From a virus (Duplodnaviria > Caudoviricetes): a stretch of DNA of 64,000 nucleotides. Position 1 is the stretch's first letter. Each line of letters starts with the position of its first letter. Shown here piece by piece: positions 8,951 to 18,295 of the stretch. Under the pieces are notes generated by a model that saw only the letters and a program-made list of their open reading frames with translations, searched no databases and was not told where the DNA came from. A program made the translations under genes and the position numbers. The stretch is taken from the IMG/VR virus record IMGVR_UViG_3300021400_000134; one strand, written 5' to 3'.

Positions 8951-9622
8951 TTAATCTACAAATTTCACAGTAAACCCGCAATATCTATGATTTGAATTTA
9001 ATGCTCTACTTAAACTTTTTCTAGCCATTTCCATAGAACTTGCTTTACTATAATTGTTATCAATAAGCCATTGAGAGCATTCTTTTAATGAATTAAACTG
9101 TTTATTTAATTCTACAATTTTAACTTTTTTTACCCCATCTCCTAATTTAAATTTAACACCCTTTTGAAGATTTTCAATATTATGAACGGGTCTTATAACT
9201 GGCACATTATTCGTATGCAATATATCACTAATAGTCTTAATACTACAATCAAAATATGCAGCAGTATCTTTAATGGTTTTTAATTCTTTATATTTTTTAA
9301 TTACTTCATCAATGTTTAAATTTAAACTTGTTGTAGAAAATTGACCGCCTATCGTTAGATTATATCCATTTTCAAATGTATTATATTTAGCAATATAATA
9401 GCGTTCTTGAATATCAAGGTCTTCATTTGGACACTCACAAATCATTTCTACTGAAAAATTTTCTTGTCCATATTTTTTAATTGCTGCATCAATACCAGTT
9501 AAATTATCTTGCGTTCTAGCTTTACTAAAATGCTTATTAATACGAGCATTTAATGTAGTTGTTGTTTGACCAATATAGGCTTTATTATTTGTTAAGTTAG
9601 TTATTTTATAAATATATCCCAT
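8951..9622 (-). CDS. GIY-YIG homing endonuclease
   Basis: GYIYKITN...YIGQT, ERYYI, GYNLTIGG; C-terminal NUMOD-like DNA-binding segments. Confidence 0.85.
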   Translation of the reverse strand: MGYIYKITNLTNNKAYIGQTTTTLNARINKHFSKARTQDNLTGIDAAIKKYGQENFSVEMICECPNEDLDIQERYYIAKYNTFENGYNLTIGGQFSTTSLNLNIDEVIKKYKELKTIKDTAAYFDCSIKTISDILHTNNVPVIRPVHNIENLQKGVKFKLGDGVKKVKIVELNKQFNSLKECSQWLIDNNYSKASSMEMARKSLSRALNSNHRYCGFTVKFVD

Positions 9623-9743
9623 AGTTTTCTCCTTCTATAGAATATAAGAATTGTGGAGGAAAAATTATTCCCTCTTGTCCACAAAATTTATGACATTAGC
9701 GTTACCCAGTCACCGCCACGTGGAGGCTGTCATAATGGTGACT

Positions 9744-10094
9744 TGGAGCTGGGGGGATTCGAACCCCCGTCTTGCTCAGATTACTATTGTAATTTTCTTT
9801 ATCCACAGCTTATTTAGATATAGTCTTTCGCAAACATATTATCTAACGGATTTTTGTTTGCGGCAGCTTGCTAATGAGACCGGTTAAGCGGCAAGCGCAC
9901 CTAACTGATTTGCCTTATTTTCTTACGCTACTTATTAGGCTAAAGCAACCTGATAAGAAGGGGCAAAGAAATTCTTAATCTTTGCAAATGTGTTTTTAAT
10001 AAAGTTTGCGTTTAAATTTAATGAATGGATTAGGGGCATTACCCCGCTGCAAATTACAACCTCATGCTGCCAATCGATTTCCAATTACAACCCC
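9744..10094 (-). ncRNA. ssrA: tmRNA
   Basis: 5' GGGGUUG pairs with CAGCUCC-A, T arm GGGGGUUCGAAUCCCCC; tag ORF ANFIKNTFAKIKNFFAPSYQVALA*. Confidence 0.88.
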
Positions 10095-10272
10095 ATAAGA
10101 TATAATTACTTTTCGTAATAGTCTATATCAATATAAGATAAAGCTTCGTTATATACAGCTTCCTTAATCTCTGCATCAGTTGCATCATCTGCAACCCAAA
10201 CAGTAACACTCTTTTGGCATTCTGGAAAGTATATTTCTGCATCAATTCTCTTCATAATTTTCCCCTATAAAA

Positions 10273-10391
10273 TGTCTTGGGCAAGGATTTGCACCTTGCA
10301 TGAAAGAGTTTATTGACATCGGGTGCGACAATCATGTATGCATCCATGCTCTTTCATCACCCCAAGCGTCTACCTATTCCGCCACCAAGAT
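10273..10391 (-). ncRNA. tRNA-like RNA, copy A (Leu-type D arm, GGUGCAAAUCC T loop, long central stem)
   Basis: Acceptor, D and T arms present; anticodon arm replaced by UGAAAGAG/CUCUUUCA domain. Confidence 0.6.
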
Positions 10392-10394
10392 AAA

Positions 10395-10513
10395 TACCAC
10401 ATGGCGAGGATTTGCACCTCACATGTATCACTTTCTGCCGAACAGTTATATCCCGTGTACTTTGGGCGTGATACTCCACTGGTAATAACGTTTACCTATT
10501 CCGTCACATGCGA
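10395..10513 (-). ncRNA. tRNA-like RNA, copy B (same family as 10273)
   Basis: Same D loop GGAAUAGGUARAC and T loop; central GUAUCAC/GUGAUAC stem. Confidence 0.6.
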
Positions 10514-10519
10514 TAATAG

Positions 10520-10591
10520 TCCGGATGGGAGGAATTGAACCTCCACTCTTGCCCTTATAAGGAGCCCGCTTTACCTTTAAGCTACACCCGG
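10520..10591 (-). tRNA. tRNA-Ile(TAT)
   Basis: Cloverleaf; loop CTTATAA. Confidence 0.8.
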
Positions 10592-10598
10592 ATAAGAA

Positions 10599-10838
10599 TT
10601 AATCTTCATCACCAGTCCAAATTTTTTCAATTTGAGCCTGCCATTTAATTTCAGGATAAAAATCAGAGAAAACATAGTGATATAAAGTATCTCCAACTTC
10701 ATTCCATTGAATTAACATCATTTCAGGTGGGGATATTTCAATACTCTCTTTATGATCTATCAACGCTTCACGCAATTTCATTTCTTCTTCTGGAATTACT
10801 TCAAGCATTTGATCTATAACTTCACATAAATTTCTCAT
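10599..10838 (-). CDS. Hypothetical protein
   Basis: 79-aa ORF with AAGGAG RBS. Confidence 0.6.
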   Translation of the reverse strand: MRNLCEVIDQMLEVIPEEEMKLREALIDHKESIEISPPEMMLIQWNEVGDTLYHYVFSDFYPEIKWQAQIEKIWTGDED

Positions 10839-10856
10839 GTATATACTCCTTAAAAG

Positions 10857-10928
10857 TGCGCCCGATGAGGATTGAACTCATGACCCACGGATTAAAAGTC
10901 CGCTGCTCTACCGCTGAGCTACGAGCGC
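10857..10928 (-). tRNA. tRNA-Lys(TTT)
   Basis: Cloverleaf. Confidence 0.9.
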
Positions 10929-11022
10929 ATATTAGCGGAGGGAATTACCGCTATTATCACGCTATTATATGGACTCATTATGGTTAATTACGCCATTTTT
11001 TACCATCTTTACGCTACCCCAG

Positions 11023-11096
11023 TACCCCCAGCTGGGCTCGAACCAGCGACCGTCCGCTTAGAAGGCGGAAGCTCTGTCCAACTGAGCTATAGGGGC
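11023..11096 (-). tRNA. tRNA-Arg(TCT)
   Basis: Cloverleaf. Confidence 0.9.
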
Positions 11097-11102
11097 AAAA
11101 AG

Positions 11103-11176
11103 TCGGGATAGCAGGATTCGAACCTGTGACCCCTTGATCCCAAATCAAGTGCTCTACCAAGCTGAGCTATATCCCG
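11103..11176 (-). tRNA. tRNA-Pro(TGG)
   Basis: Cloverleaf. Confidence 0.9.
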
Positions 11177-11236
11177 ATAAAAGCCTTTAGGTCGGCTAAC
11201 CGCACATCCGTTTATCCACTTATTTGCTATCGTGCA

Positions 11237-11313
11237 TGGTGGAGCTTAGCGGGGTCGAACCGCTGACCCCCTGCTTGCAAAGCAGGTGCTCTCCCAAACT
11301 GAGCTAAAACCCC
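11237..11313 (-). tRNA. tRNA-Ala(TGC)
   Basis: Cloverleaf, G3.U70, CCA. Confidence 0.92.
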
Positions 11314-11319
11314 ATAATA

Positions 11320-11396
11320 TGGCGGCCCCTATAGGACTTGAACCTATGACACATCGGTTAACAGCCGATTGCTCTGACCAACTGAGCTAAGGGGCC
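11320..11396 (-). tRNA. tRNA-Asn(GTT)
   Basis: Cloverleaf with CCA. Confidence 0.92.
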
Positions 11397-11399
11397 ATA

Positions 11400-11477
11400 T
11401 GGCTGGGGTAGTTGGATTCGAACCAACGAATGAACGAGTCAAAGTCGCTTGCGTTTGGCCATCTTCGCCATACCCCA
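11400..11477 (-). tRNA. tRNA-Gln(TTG)
   Basis: Cloverleaf with CCA. Confidence 0.88.
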
Positions 11478-11481
11478 ATAA

Positions 11482-11569
11482 TGGTGGGCTGGGTAGGAAT
11501 CGAACCTACGGTGTATCTAACGTAACAGATTTACAGTCTGCCCCAATCGCCATCTATGGATACCAGCCC
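11482..11569 (-). tRNA. tRNA-Tyr(GTA)
   Basis: Class II cloverleaf with CCA. Confidence 0.9.
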
Positions 11570-11753
11570 AAATTAATTGAGGTTTTCTCCTTTTTACAGG
11601 GGGGCGGGTAACCTCAAAACCTAAGAACACTTTACTTTGCTTTCTTATATAGCGTTTTCCACTAAGCCACATATCACTGACCCGCATATCTCATAGGACG
11701 CCGAGGTTGAGTGCCGGTGGTAGTTTAAGTGCGAAATCCATGTTAACGCTTAG

Positions 11754-11826
11754 TCACTCCACAGGGAATCGAACCCTGAACCCCTTGATTAAGAGTCAAG
11801 TGCTCTACCAGTTGAGCTATGGAATG
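11754..11826 (-). tRNA. tRNA-Lys(CTT)
   Basis: Cloverleaf. Confidence 0.88.
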
Positions 11827-11829
11827 TTA

Positions 11830-11906
11830 TGGTAGGCCGAGTGGGATTCGAACCCACAAACCATTGTTTCTAAGACAATGTGCTATGCCAATTCGCGTAC
11901 CGGCCC
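11830..11906 (-). tRNA. tRNA with TAG anticodon (nominally Leu), short variable loop
   Basis: Loop CTTAGAA; 5-nt variable region; CCA. Confidence 0.8.
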
Positions 11907-11912
11907 ATAATA

Positions 11913-11986
11913 TGGAGTCCTGACCGGGAATTGAACCCGGGCCTAGACCTTGGCAAGGTCCCGTACTACCATTATACTATCAAGAC
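11913..11986 (-). tRNA. tRNA-Gly(GCC)
   Basis: Cloverleaf, U73, CCA. Confidence 0.88.
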
Positions 11987-12216
11987 ATAAAGAATTGAAC
12001 TGCTTTTGGGTATTTTCCGCACGGCCGGGCAGCGTTTCAATCCGTGCTTTTGAGCTCTCCCGGGTTTACTATCCAGACTAGACTTTTCTGGTACTTGTAA
12101 TAGACTTATCCCATCTCTCAGCAATATCTGCATTTCTCACCGAGTTTCACATTGCAGTTCAGTATGGTCCCCGGAGCCGGACTCGAACCGGCACGGGCTC
12201 TCGCCCAGGGGATTTT

Positions 12217-12947
12217 CGTACCACACTATGTTACCATAGCCATTTGGACCAAAATGTTGTGGTCTGGACTATTTCTTTTCCATGTCTTACGATTTAGGAA
12301 GTTGGTGTATAGTCTCTACGCATTTATAATTTTCGGCTATTTTTACCTCTATAAGAATCTGTTAGAGCATGACAGTTAGGACATAACAACATATAATTTG
12401 ATAATTCGTTATGAGTTCTATCGCCATCTATGTGATGAAGTTCTAATGGTATTGGCTGTCCTAACCACTCCGTATTTCCGCAACACTCACACTTATGAGG
12501 TTTTAATTTTTCTTCAAGGATTTTTTTTCTAACTTTATTAGTCTGAATATCTTTGCTTGAAGCAAGATACTCTTCTAAAGTTGATTTATCTCTTTTTTTA
12601 GGCAAACCTTTTCCGCTTTGATTTCCACTATACTCAATATTCATTTTTTGTAAATAGCGGTTTAAAGTTTCTTGTTTGCATTTTAATTGTTCTGAAATAA
12701 ATGCTTTACTTTTATTTTCAGAAATCCATTGAAGAATTTGTTCTTTTTTTTCTAAAATATCTGTTCTCATATGTTTTCTCCTTACATATATTATAACAAA
12801 TATTTTTAGAAAATTGGTAAACTTTGTCCAAAATTTTTTGAACGTCTACCGAAAATTAACTTAGCTCGTCGTTATCCCAATAGGATTTTCGTCGAATTAG
12901 CCAACATTCACACAAGAAGTTTCCTATCTTGGTGCTCAAATTTGTTT
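12217..12947 (-). mobile_element. Group I intron in tRNA-Leu(UAA) anticodon
   Basis: 5' exon ends in U, intron ends in G; core-like GUAGAGACUA and AAAUAGUCC segments; insertion site matches the trnL(UAA) position. Confidence 0.82.
12324..12770 (-). CDS. Intron-encoded HNH homing endonuclease
   Basis: CECCG...LELHHIDGDRTHNELSNYMLLCPNCH. Confidence 0.88.
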   Translation of the reverse strand: MRTDILEKKEQILQWISENKSKAFISEQLKCKQETLNRYLQKMNIEYSGNQSGKGLPKKRDKSTLEEYLASSKDIQTNKVRKKILEEKLKPHKCECCGNTEWLGQPIPLELHHIDGDRTHNELSNYMLLCPNCHALTDSYRGKNSRKL

Positions 12948-13294
12948 AAGTCCCCTACGTCTACCTATTCCATCATCCGGGGTTAAGTAAGTTTTGGCGG
13001 CGGCTCCTTAACTATCCGCACATTAATGCACCACAATCACATCGGAGCTTAGTGCAACCAAATATGTAAGTTAATTCAAGGTTTTGGTACTTTGTACGAC
13101 TCCCTGCTGCTCCCTTTATGGTCGAAATTTTTATAGGCTCATGACTTCCTTTTCGCCAGGTACTGGTCTATGGCATTCTTCCTTCATGCCACCGGGTTCA
13201 TCCGGCGCACCTCTCAAGCGGCCAACCTTGTTAATGATTACCTTTCCTTACCTTACATATATATTATATAATAATTTTTTTAAATTTTCAACTA

Positions 13295-13819
13295 TTAGAT
13301 TCTTCTAAAGAGACTGTTATCGGCAGGCGTGAAATTTTTTTGCCATTCACGATTTATCATCTTGAAGTTTCCAAAAGTTTGTTTCGTATCTACTAAGTTA
13401 TTGAAAACATAGCAGAGATTGTCAGGTAATTTTGCGATTCGCGGGTCAGCTATTAATTCTCTAAAAGCACGAATGTCTGCCCACATTTTAATAGAACAAG
13501 AAATACCATCTATAGCATCTAACTTTGCTGTTGGATACTTCTGGAGATAATCTCTTAATTCTACCGCATTAGAATAAACCCACACTTTTTTGATATGCGG
13601 ATAATCCTTTTTAAACTTTTTTGCAAATTCATTCGGATTAGTAAACAGGAATGGTTCTCCTCCTGTTAAGCAAATATAATCACTTGCTAAAAAATCTGTT
13701 TCGGTTGCAGTTCGAATTTCATCAAAAGAATATTCTCTATTGCAACAATATTTACAATTCCTGTTGCAAAGAGTAGTAATCATAATATGCATGGTAATTG
13801 GAGGGCGTGGATAACGCAT
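13295..13819 (-). CDS. Radical SAM domain protein
   Basis: CNRNCKYC (CxxxCxxC) and LTGGEPFL. Confidence 0.8.
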   Translation of the reverse strand: MRYPRPPITMHIMITTLCNRNCKYCCNREYSFDEIRTATETDFLASDYICLTGGEPFLFTNPNEFAKKFKKDYPHIKKVWVYSNAVELRDYLQKYPTAKLDAIDGISCSIKMWADIRAFRELIADPRIAKLPDNLCYVFNNLVDTKQTFGNFKMINREWQKNFTPADNSLFRRI

Positions 13820-13880
13820 AATATCATTTCCTTTCTTTACCTTACATAATAATTATATAATAGTTTTTTAAGAAAATCAA

Positions 13881-14330
13881 TTATTCATTCTCAAACTGAC
13901 TTTCAACAAATTCTCTTACCTCTTCTTTAGATTTAAGATGGATGATATCATCATTACAAATATCTACCCAATAGATTTTTTTAATCTTACATCCAAGAGG
14001 TAAATCAAATATGTCTTCAGTGCATTTCAAATACGCACCAAAATACGGGTTGAAATGGCAGTATCCTTGTAATTTACTTTCATCTTCAGTTCTTACTGCA
14101 TAGATATAGTGTTTTGGACTGAAACCCAGCTCAGTAAATAAATCATAAATAACATGATTTTTCTGCTTAACTGGCTTGTCAACCTTTCTATATACTCTTG
14201 CGGCGTGGACTTTCCCGCTCTTTAAAACGACATTAATATATTCTTTACCATCTTTCTCAAAGATGCCACCAACAGTCTCAAGATTTTTATAAGACTCTGC
14301 TACAGACCATTCATTAGAACTTAATTCCAT
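13881..14330 (-). CDS. Hypothetical protein, paralogue of N-terminal part of 30310..31050
   Basis: Shared VAxSY, LGF...YI, C.yN.YFG, YW...CN motifs. Confidence 0.6.
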   Translation of the reverse strand: MELSSNEWSVAESYKNLETVGGIFEKDGKEYINVVLKSGKVHAARVYRKVDKPVKQKNHVIYDLFTELGFSPKHYIYAVRTEDESKLQGYCHFNPYFGAYLKCTEDIFDLPLGCKIKKIYWVDICNDDIIHLKSKEEVREFVESQFENE

Positions 14331-14712
14331 ATTTTAACCGTTCCCGTTCTTTCTCTTCGCAAAGAGCTAAGGCTTCTTTATAGTTCATTTCTTTAATACC
14401 CAGGGCCGCAAATTCCGACCGGGTAAAGACATTCCGCAGTCGCCGCATAAGAGCAGCATCAATCAAATTCTTTTCTCTCCTGGATTTTCTCTCAGGTTCA
14501 GGTGTGTTAAGAACAATCTGGTCTTGTCGAATTAACTCTTCAGCAAGAGGCCATCCTGTTTCTTTTAGCCACTGTAAAACCCGTTTGAACTCATTCCCAG
14601 TCAATAGACCTGCATCAAATTCAGTCTTAGCGAGATTTTCAAAACCTCTTTTTTCAATTAGTTTTTTCAATTTTTCAGCATATTTACTTTCCTTGTCTGT
14701 TAAGATAAGCAT
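14314..14712 (-). CDS. Hypothetical protein
   Basis: 132-aa ORF overlapping neighbours in an operon. Confidence 0.55.
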   Translation of the reverse strand: MLILTDKESKYAEKLKKLIEKRGFENLAKTEFDAGLLTGNEFKRVLQWLKETGWPLAEELIRQDQIVLNTPEPERKSRREKNLIDAALMRRLRNVFTRSEFAALGIKEMNYKEALALCEEKERERLKYGIKF

Positions 14713-15028
14713 TCAACTGACTTTCCTTTGACCACATTTTAGAAACTTTTAATCTATCTTCTATTGGCATTCGTTTTAATAAGAGGGATTTATAATACTC
14801 CTCAAAAAAAACATCGTTTTCATTGTATATGGCGTTTAAAAGCATATCTATTTTTTCATTGCCAGTAAATCCCATACCGCAAAAACCCATGTAACAAAAT
14901 GTGATGTATAGCCATTCTTTAAACTCGTCTTCATCAAGATAATCTTCGGCAACAAATATCCATTCTGCGGGGATACCTATTTCACCTTTTTGCGGATAAT
15001 CTTCATAAATAACAGAGTTCTTATTCAT
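14684..15028 (-). CDS. Hypothetical protein
   Basis: 114-aa ORF behind promoter. Confidence 0.55.
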   Translation of the reverse strand: MNKNSVIYEDYPQKGEIGIPAEWIFVAEDYLDEDEFKEWLYITFCYMGFCGMGFTGNEKIDMLLNAIYNENDVFFEEYYKSLLLKRMPIEDRLKVSKMWSKESQLNAYLNRQGK

Positions 15029-15123
15029 ACTTCACATCCTTTACATATATATTATATCATATTTTTTAATTTAATCAAAAAAAATAACTCCTCTTTTAGA
15101 AAGAGGAGTTATTAAACTAAAAA

Positions 15124-16431
15124 TTAAGCACGATGGTCTACAACGCTAATCTTGCTTGGGTCATCACTGACGAAGCAAATATCGTCAAGGCCAGGAGCAG
15201 ATTCAAGGATAACGCCATCAGCGATTTCAGCACCGAATGGGCCATTAGCCAATCCAGGATAAGCAGCCTTGTCATCCATAACGATTGCGGCACATGGTAC
15301 TACAACGCGGCTGTCGCCAACCTTACCAACGAATCCGCCTTCAACACCGGAGTTATCAGCACAATGGATTTCACCAGCAGTCATATTTAACTGACCAGCA
15401 CGCATTAAGATACCGCAGCCCTTTTCGACATTGATAACGCCGCCTGTGACATTTAATTCACCACTGTTAGGCATATAGATACCGCATGCTGAATAACCAG
15501 CAGAAGTAATTCCGCAGTTTAATTCACCGCCGTTAAAGTTAATTACAACATGACCTTGGTCATTATCAGGTTTGACTGTACCATTACCCATGATAGCAGC
15601 ATTATCAATAGATGTGATTGTGCCACCATTCATTGTAAATGCGCCCTTAGTTGTAACTAAAGCACCGCATTCCTGAGCTGTAATTTCACCAGAATTGATA
15701 ATTAATTCTGAACCTTCACCAGTTGCCTGGAAAGCAACATCGCCACTGTTAGCAGTAGCATTTTCAATAGTTAATTTACCACCGCCAATAGCAGCACCAA
15801 TTCTACCAGTAGAAGTAACAGTACCGTTAGCAATCTTTAATTCACCACCATTAGCCAATAAAGCGTTTGTTGGTACGGATAATGTCTTACCATTTAGGTC
15901 AAGTTCAACACTCTTACCTGCTGGAACAGAAACTGGTTCTGTTAGAGACATATCGCTAGATAGTTTAACAATTCCACCTGCGGCCGCAGCTGCTACGAGT
16001 TCATCAGCGCTAGCGACCTTAGTAGTCATATTCACTCTTTCACAAATTGCTTCAACTTCTAATTCAGTTAAAGCCTTCATTTTTTCTAATTCATTAATAC
16101 GAGCGAGCATATCTAAAGCTCGTCCATCATCATTTTGTACATATTCAGCCAATTCTTTTAAAGTATCAAATGCTTCTGGAGCATTATCAACTACTTCAGC
16201 AATCTTTGCTTCAATGGCTGCATCAGTTTGTTCTTTATTTGCATCAACTTTTGCTTCTAATTCATCTAATTTAGAACTAACTGTTGTATCTGTTTTTGAA
16301 TCCACTTCTTGAATTAAAGAACGAAGTTCTTCAATATCTAGTTCATGGGCTGTTGCATCTTCAAAAGTGTCATTAATAAGTTCCCACAATTTAGCAAGAC
16401 CTTCCTGGTCTAAAAACTTCTTATCTGCCAT
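15124..16431 (-). CDS. Tail-spike/fibre-like protein: coiled-coil N-terminus plus probable right-handed beta-helix
   Basis: KKFLDQ motif, NAPEAFDTLKELA fibre motif, repeated xLxINGGxI beta-helix turns. Confidence 0.6.
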   Translation of the reverse strand: MADKKFLDQEGLAKLWELINDTFEDATAHELDIEELRSLIQEVDSKTDTTVSSKLDELEAKVDANKEQTDAAIEAKIAEVVDNAPEAFDTLKELAEYVQNDDGRALDMLARINELEKMKALTELEVEAICERVNMTTKVASADELVAAAAAGGIVKLSSDMSLTEPVSVPAGKSVELDLNGKTLSVPTNALLANGGELKIANGTVTSTGRIGAAIGGGKLTIENATANSGDVAFQATGEGSELIINSGEITAQECGALVTTKGAFTMNGGTITSIDNAAIMGNGTVKPDNDQGHVVINFNGGELNCGITSAGYSACGIYMPNSGELNVTGGVINVEKGCGILMRAGQLNMTAGEIHCADNSGVEGGFVGKVGDSRVVVPCAAIVMDDKAAYPGLANGPFGAEIADGVILESAPGLDDICFVSDDPSKISVVDHRA

Positions 16432-16796
16432 TATGCGTTCTCCTTTCTAGTGCATATATTTAAAATTTCTTGTTCTGAAATTGGTTCTGCCTGGTCAATC
16501 CACTCAAGATTATTTTGCCCCTTTATTGGAAATTGTCCTACTTGCGCAGACTCATAACCATATAGTGCCAATTTATCATTTTCATAAATTATAGTTTTGC
16601 CATCTTTACCAATTCTGAAGTCTTGAGTTAAATATGGTAAATCTCTCCAAGATTTAACTCCATCACCAATTTTTAATTTATTGGTGTCTTTTTCAAAGCC
16701 TGGTTCGCCATATAGTAAGACAGGATTTACTCTGTTCCAGGCTTCAGATGTTCCTCTTCTTAAGCGAAACTTCGTTTTTAAAACAATCTCTGCCAT
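16431..16796 (-). CDS. Mtd_N/hyaluronidase-N-like tail fibre protein
   Basis: LRRGTSEAW...NPVL..GEPGFEKDTNKLKIGDG...W..LPY. Confidence 0.7.
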   Translation of the reverse strand: MAEIVLKTKFRLRRGTSEAWNRVNPVLLYGEPGFEKDTNKLKIGDGVKSWRDLPYLTQDFRIGKDGKTIIYENDKLALYGYESAQVGQFPIKGQNNLEWIDQAEPISEQEILNICTRKENA

Positions 16797-16810
16797 ATAC
16801 TAAACCTCGC

Positions 16811-17125
16811 CTAGTGTACTTCGCCGCCATCCCAAATATAGGTATTATCTTCATCTATTGGGGTATCTGAAGGAATTGTATCACTTGGTTCATCATCACC
16901 TGAAGAAGAGCCAGAACCGGAGCCTGAGCCAGAACCTCCGCCATAATTCTTGACAGCTTTCCATTCCCAATTGCCATCTAAAATATAGTTAGCGTCTTCC
17001 TCAATAATAAAACAAGTGCTACCCATAACAGTAGTGCGAAGGTCTATTTTAGAAAGTTCATCTGATTTATCACAAACGTATCTTTTGACACCTGTCTGTC
17101 GTTCATTTTTCACAATTGTAATCAT
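16811..17125 (-). CDS. Small virion-associated hypothetical protein
   Basis: GSTCFII...Y.L...EW motif plus Gly/Ser linker. Confidence 0.5.
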   Translation of the reverse strand: MITIVKNERQTGVKRYVCDKSDELSKIDLRTTVMGSTCFIIEEDANYILDGNWEWKAVKNYGGGSGSGSGSGSSSGDDEPSDTIPSDTPIDEDNTYIWDGGEVH

Positions 17126-17199
17126 TAACTTTCTCCTTTCTTCACTTCAAATATAATAAAAAAAAGGACAAGTCGATTATATCAACTTGCCCTTATGAA

Positions 17200-17274
17200 T
17201 GGAGTGGATAAAGGGAATCGAACCCTCATCTTTAGCTTGGAAGGCTAAGGCCCTAGCCGTTGGACGATATCCAC
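17200..17274 (-). tRNA. tRNA-Gly(TCC)
   Basis: Cloverleaf, CCA. Confidence 0.9.
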
Positions 17275-17304
17275 ATAAAGAAATAAATCCTTGCGGATTT
17301 ATAC

Positions 17305-18295
17305 TTTTAACTGGCTGAGAAATTGACCTGTTATACCTACATCCTATGCGGTTGGCCGCACGTTTTCACACTCAACTTTTCAGTGAGTAGTAGGCATGGA
17401 CTCTAGTCTTGCGAAGACCAGTAGACTCTTACATAGTTCATTATAACTTTCCGTTAATTGCCCAACCTCTTGGAAGAGTTCAATACATCCCTGCATTTAT
17501 TGACGACAACTACTTGTACTCATTCACCCTATCGCTTGCGGCTTAGTAGTGTCTCCATATCCCAGGAGAATAAGTCCATTTTTCTGAAACTATGTCCAGC
17601 ACACTTTTGCTTTTCAATATGACTAGTAGAATTAATCTGCCTCATTAGATTTTCTATTCAAAAGTGTTTTACCGATTTACTGCGCGATGTGGTGCTGGTT
17701 TGGAGTCCGTACCTTTTGAGTACAGCCCGTCCGACACCGTGCTGCTTTCATGCCACTTACTTGCTTTAATGATAATACGTGGAGTTTCATCCGACGCATC
17801 AGCGCATTAATTAACTCGGCACTCATCTTTTGGCGTTGTTCGCACCGAGAAACATATATGGCTATCGGTATTTTCATACCTTATTCTCCACATCATCAGG
17901 TGAAGACTGCTACATACATCTAATCGCCTGCACGTTGATTAGAGCGAGCACAACTGCATATATGGCTTTCTGTGGAGTTGAAGGATGAGCTTTTAACTAC
18001 AAAGCTCCAACCGCAGGCTACGTTACGTCCTGCTTTAGCCCATCACTGGGTTATCCTAAAGTGCCGAAGCCGCACTAGAACTTTTAGTTTTTAAACCTTT
18101 CGGTTTAAAGTTCCAGGGTCGCCGCGTGGAGGCAGTTCCTTTGACCCCATTGCCCTCAATGTAAGCTGAGGGCGCATATATGCTAACGTCTTAACCCTGA
18201 CGGAACGGGAGTGATTTTTACCGGGTTATCACCATAAATCCGAACCAACGCCTAGAAGTTGGATAAAAGTTAATATTTTCCATATGGATTAACTT
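17305..18295 (-). ncRNA. Large (~1 kb) structured ncRNA, GOLLD-like
   Basis: No credible ORF, many GNRA/UUCG hairpins, own TTGACA promoter, between tRNA genes. Confidence 0.55.

Larger units (their letters stand above)
12165..12982 (-). tRNA. tRNA-Leu(TAA), intron-split (exons 12948-12982 and 12165-12216)
   Basis: Joined exons give GGGGA-CT-T^AA-AA-TCCCC anticodon arm and acceptor CCCCGGA/TCCGGGG-A-CCA. Confidence 0.88.

Noticed and set aside
8900-9742. GIY-YIG gene as part of a group I intron
   Set aside because: No interrupted host gene or intron core is recognisable in the flanks; treated as free-standing
785-16312. Antisense ORFs such as 785..1060 and 15695..16312
   Set aside because: They are shadow frames of real minus-strand genes
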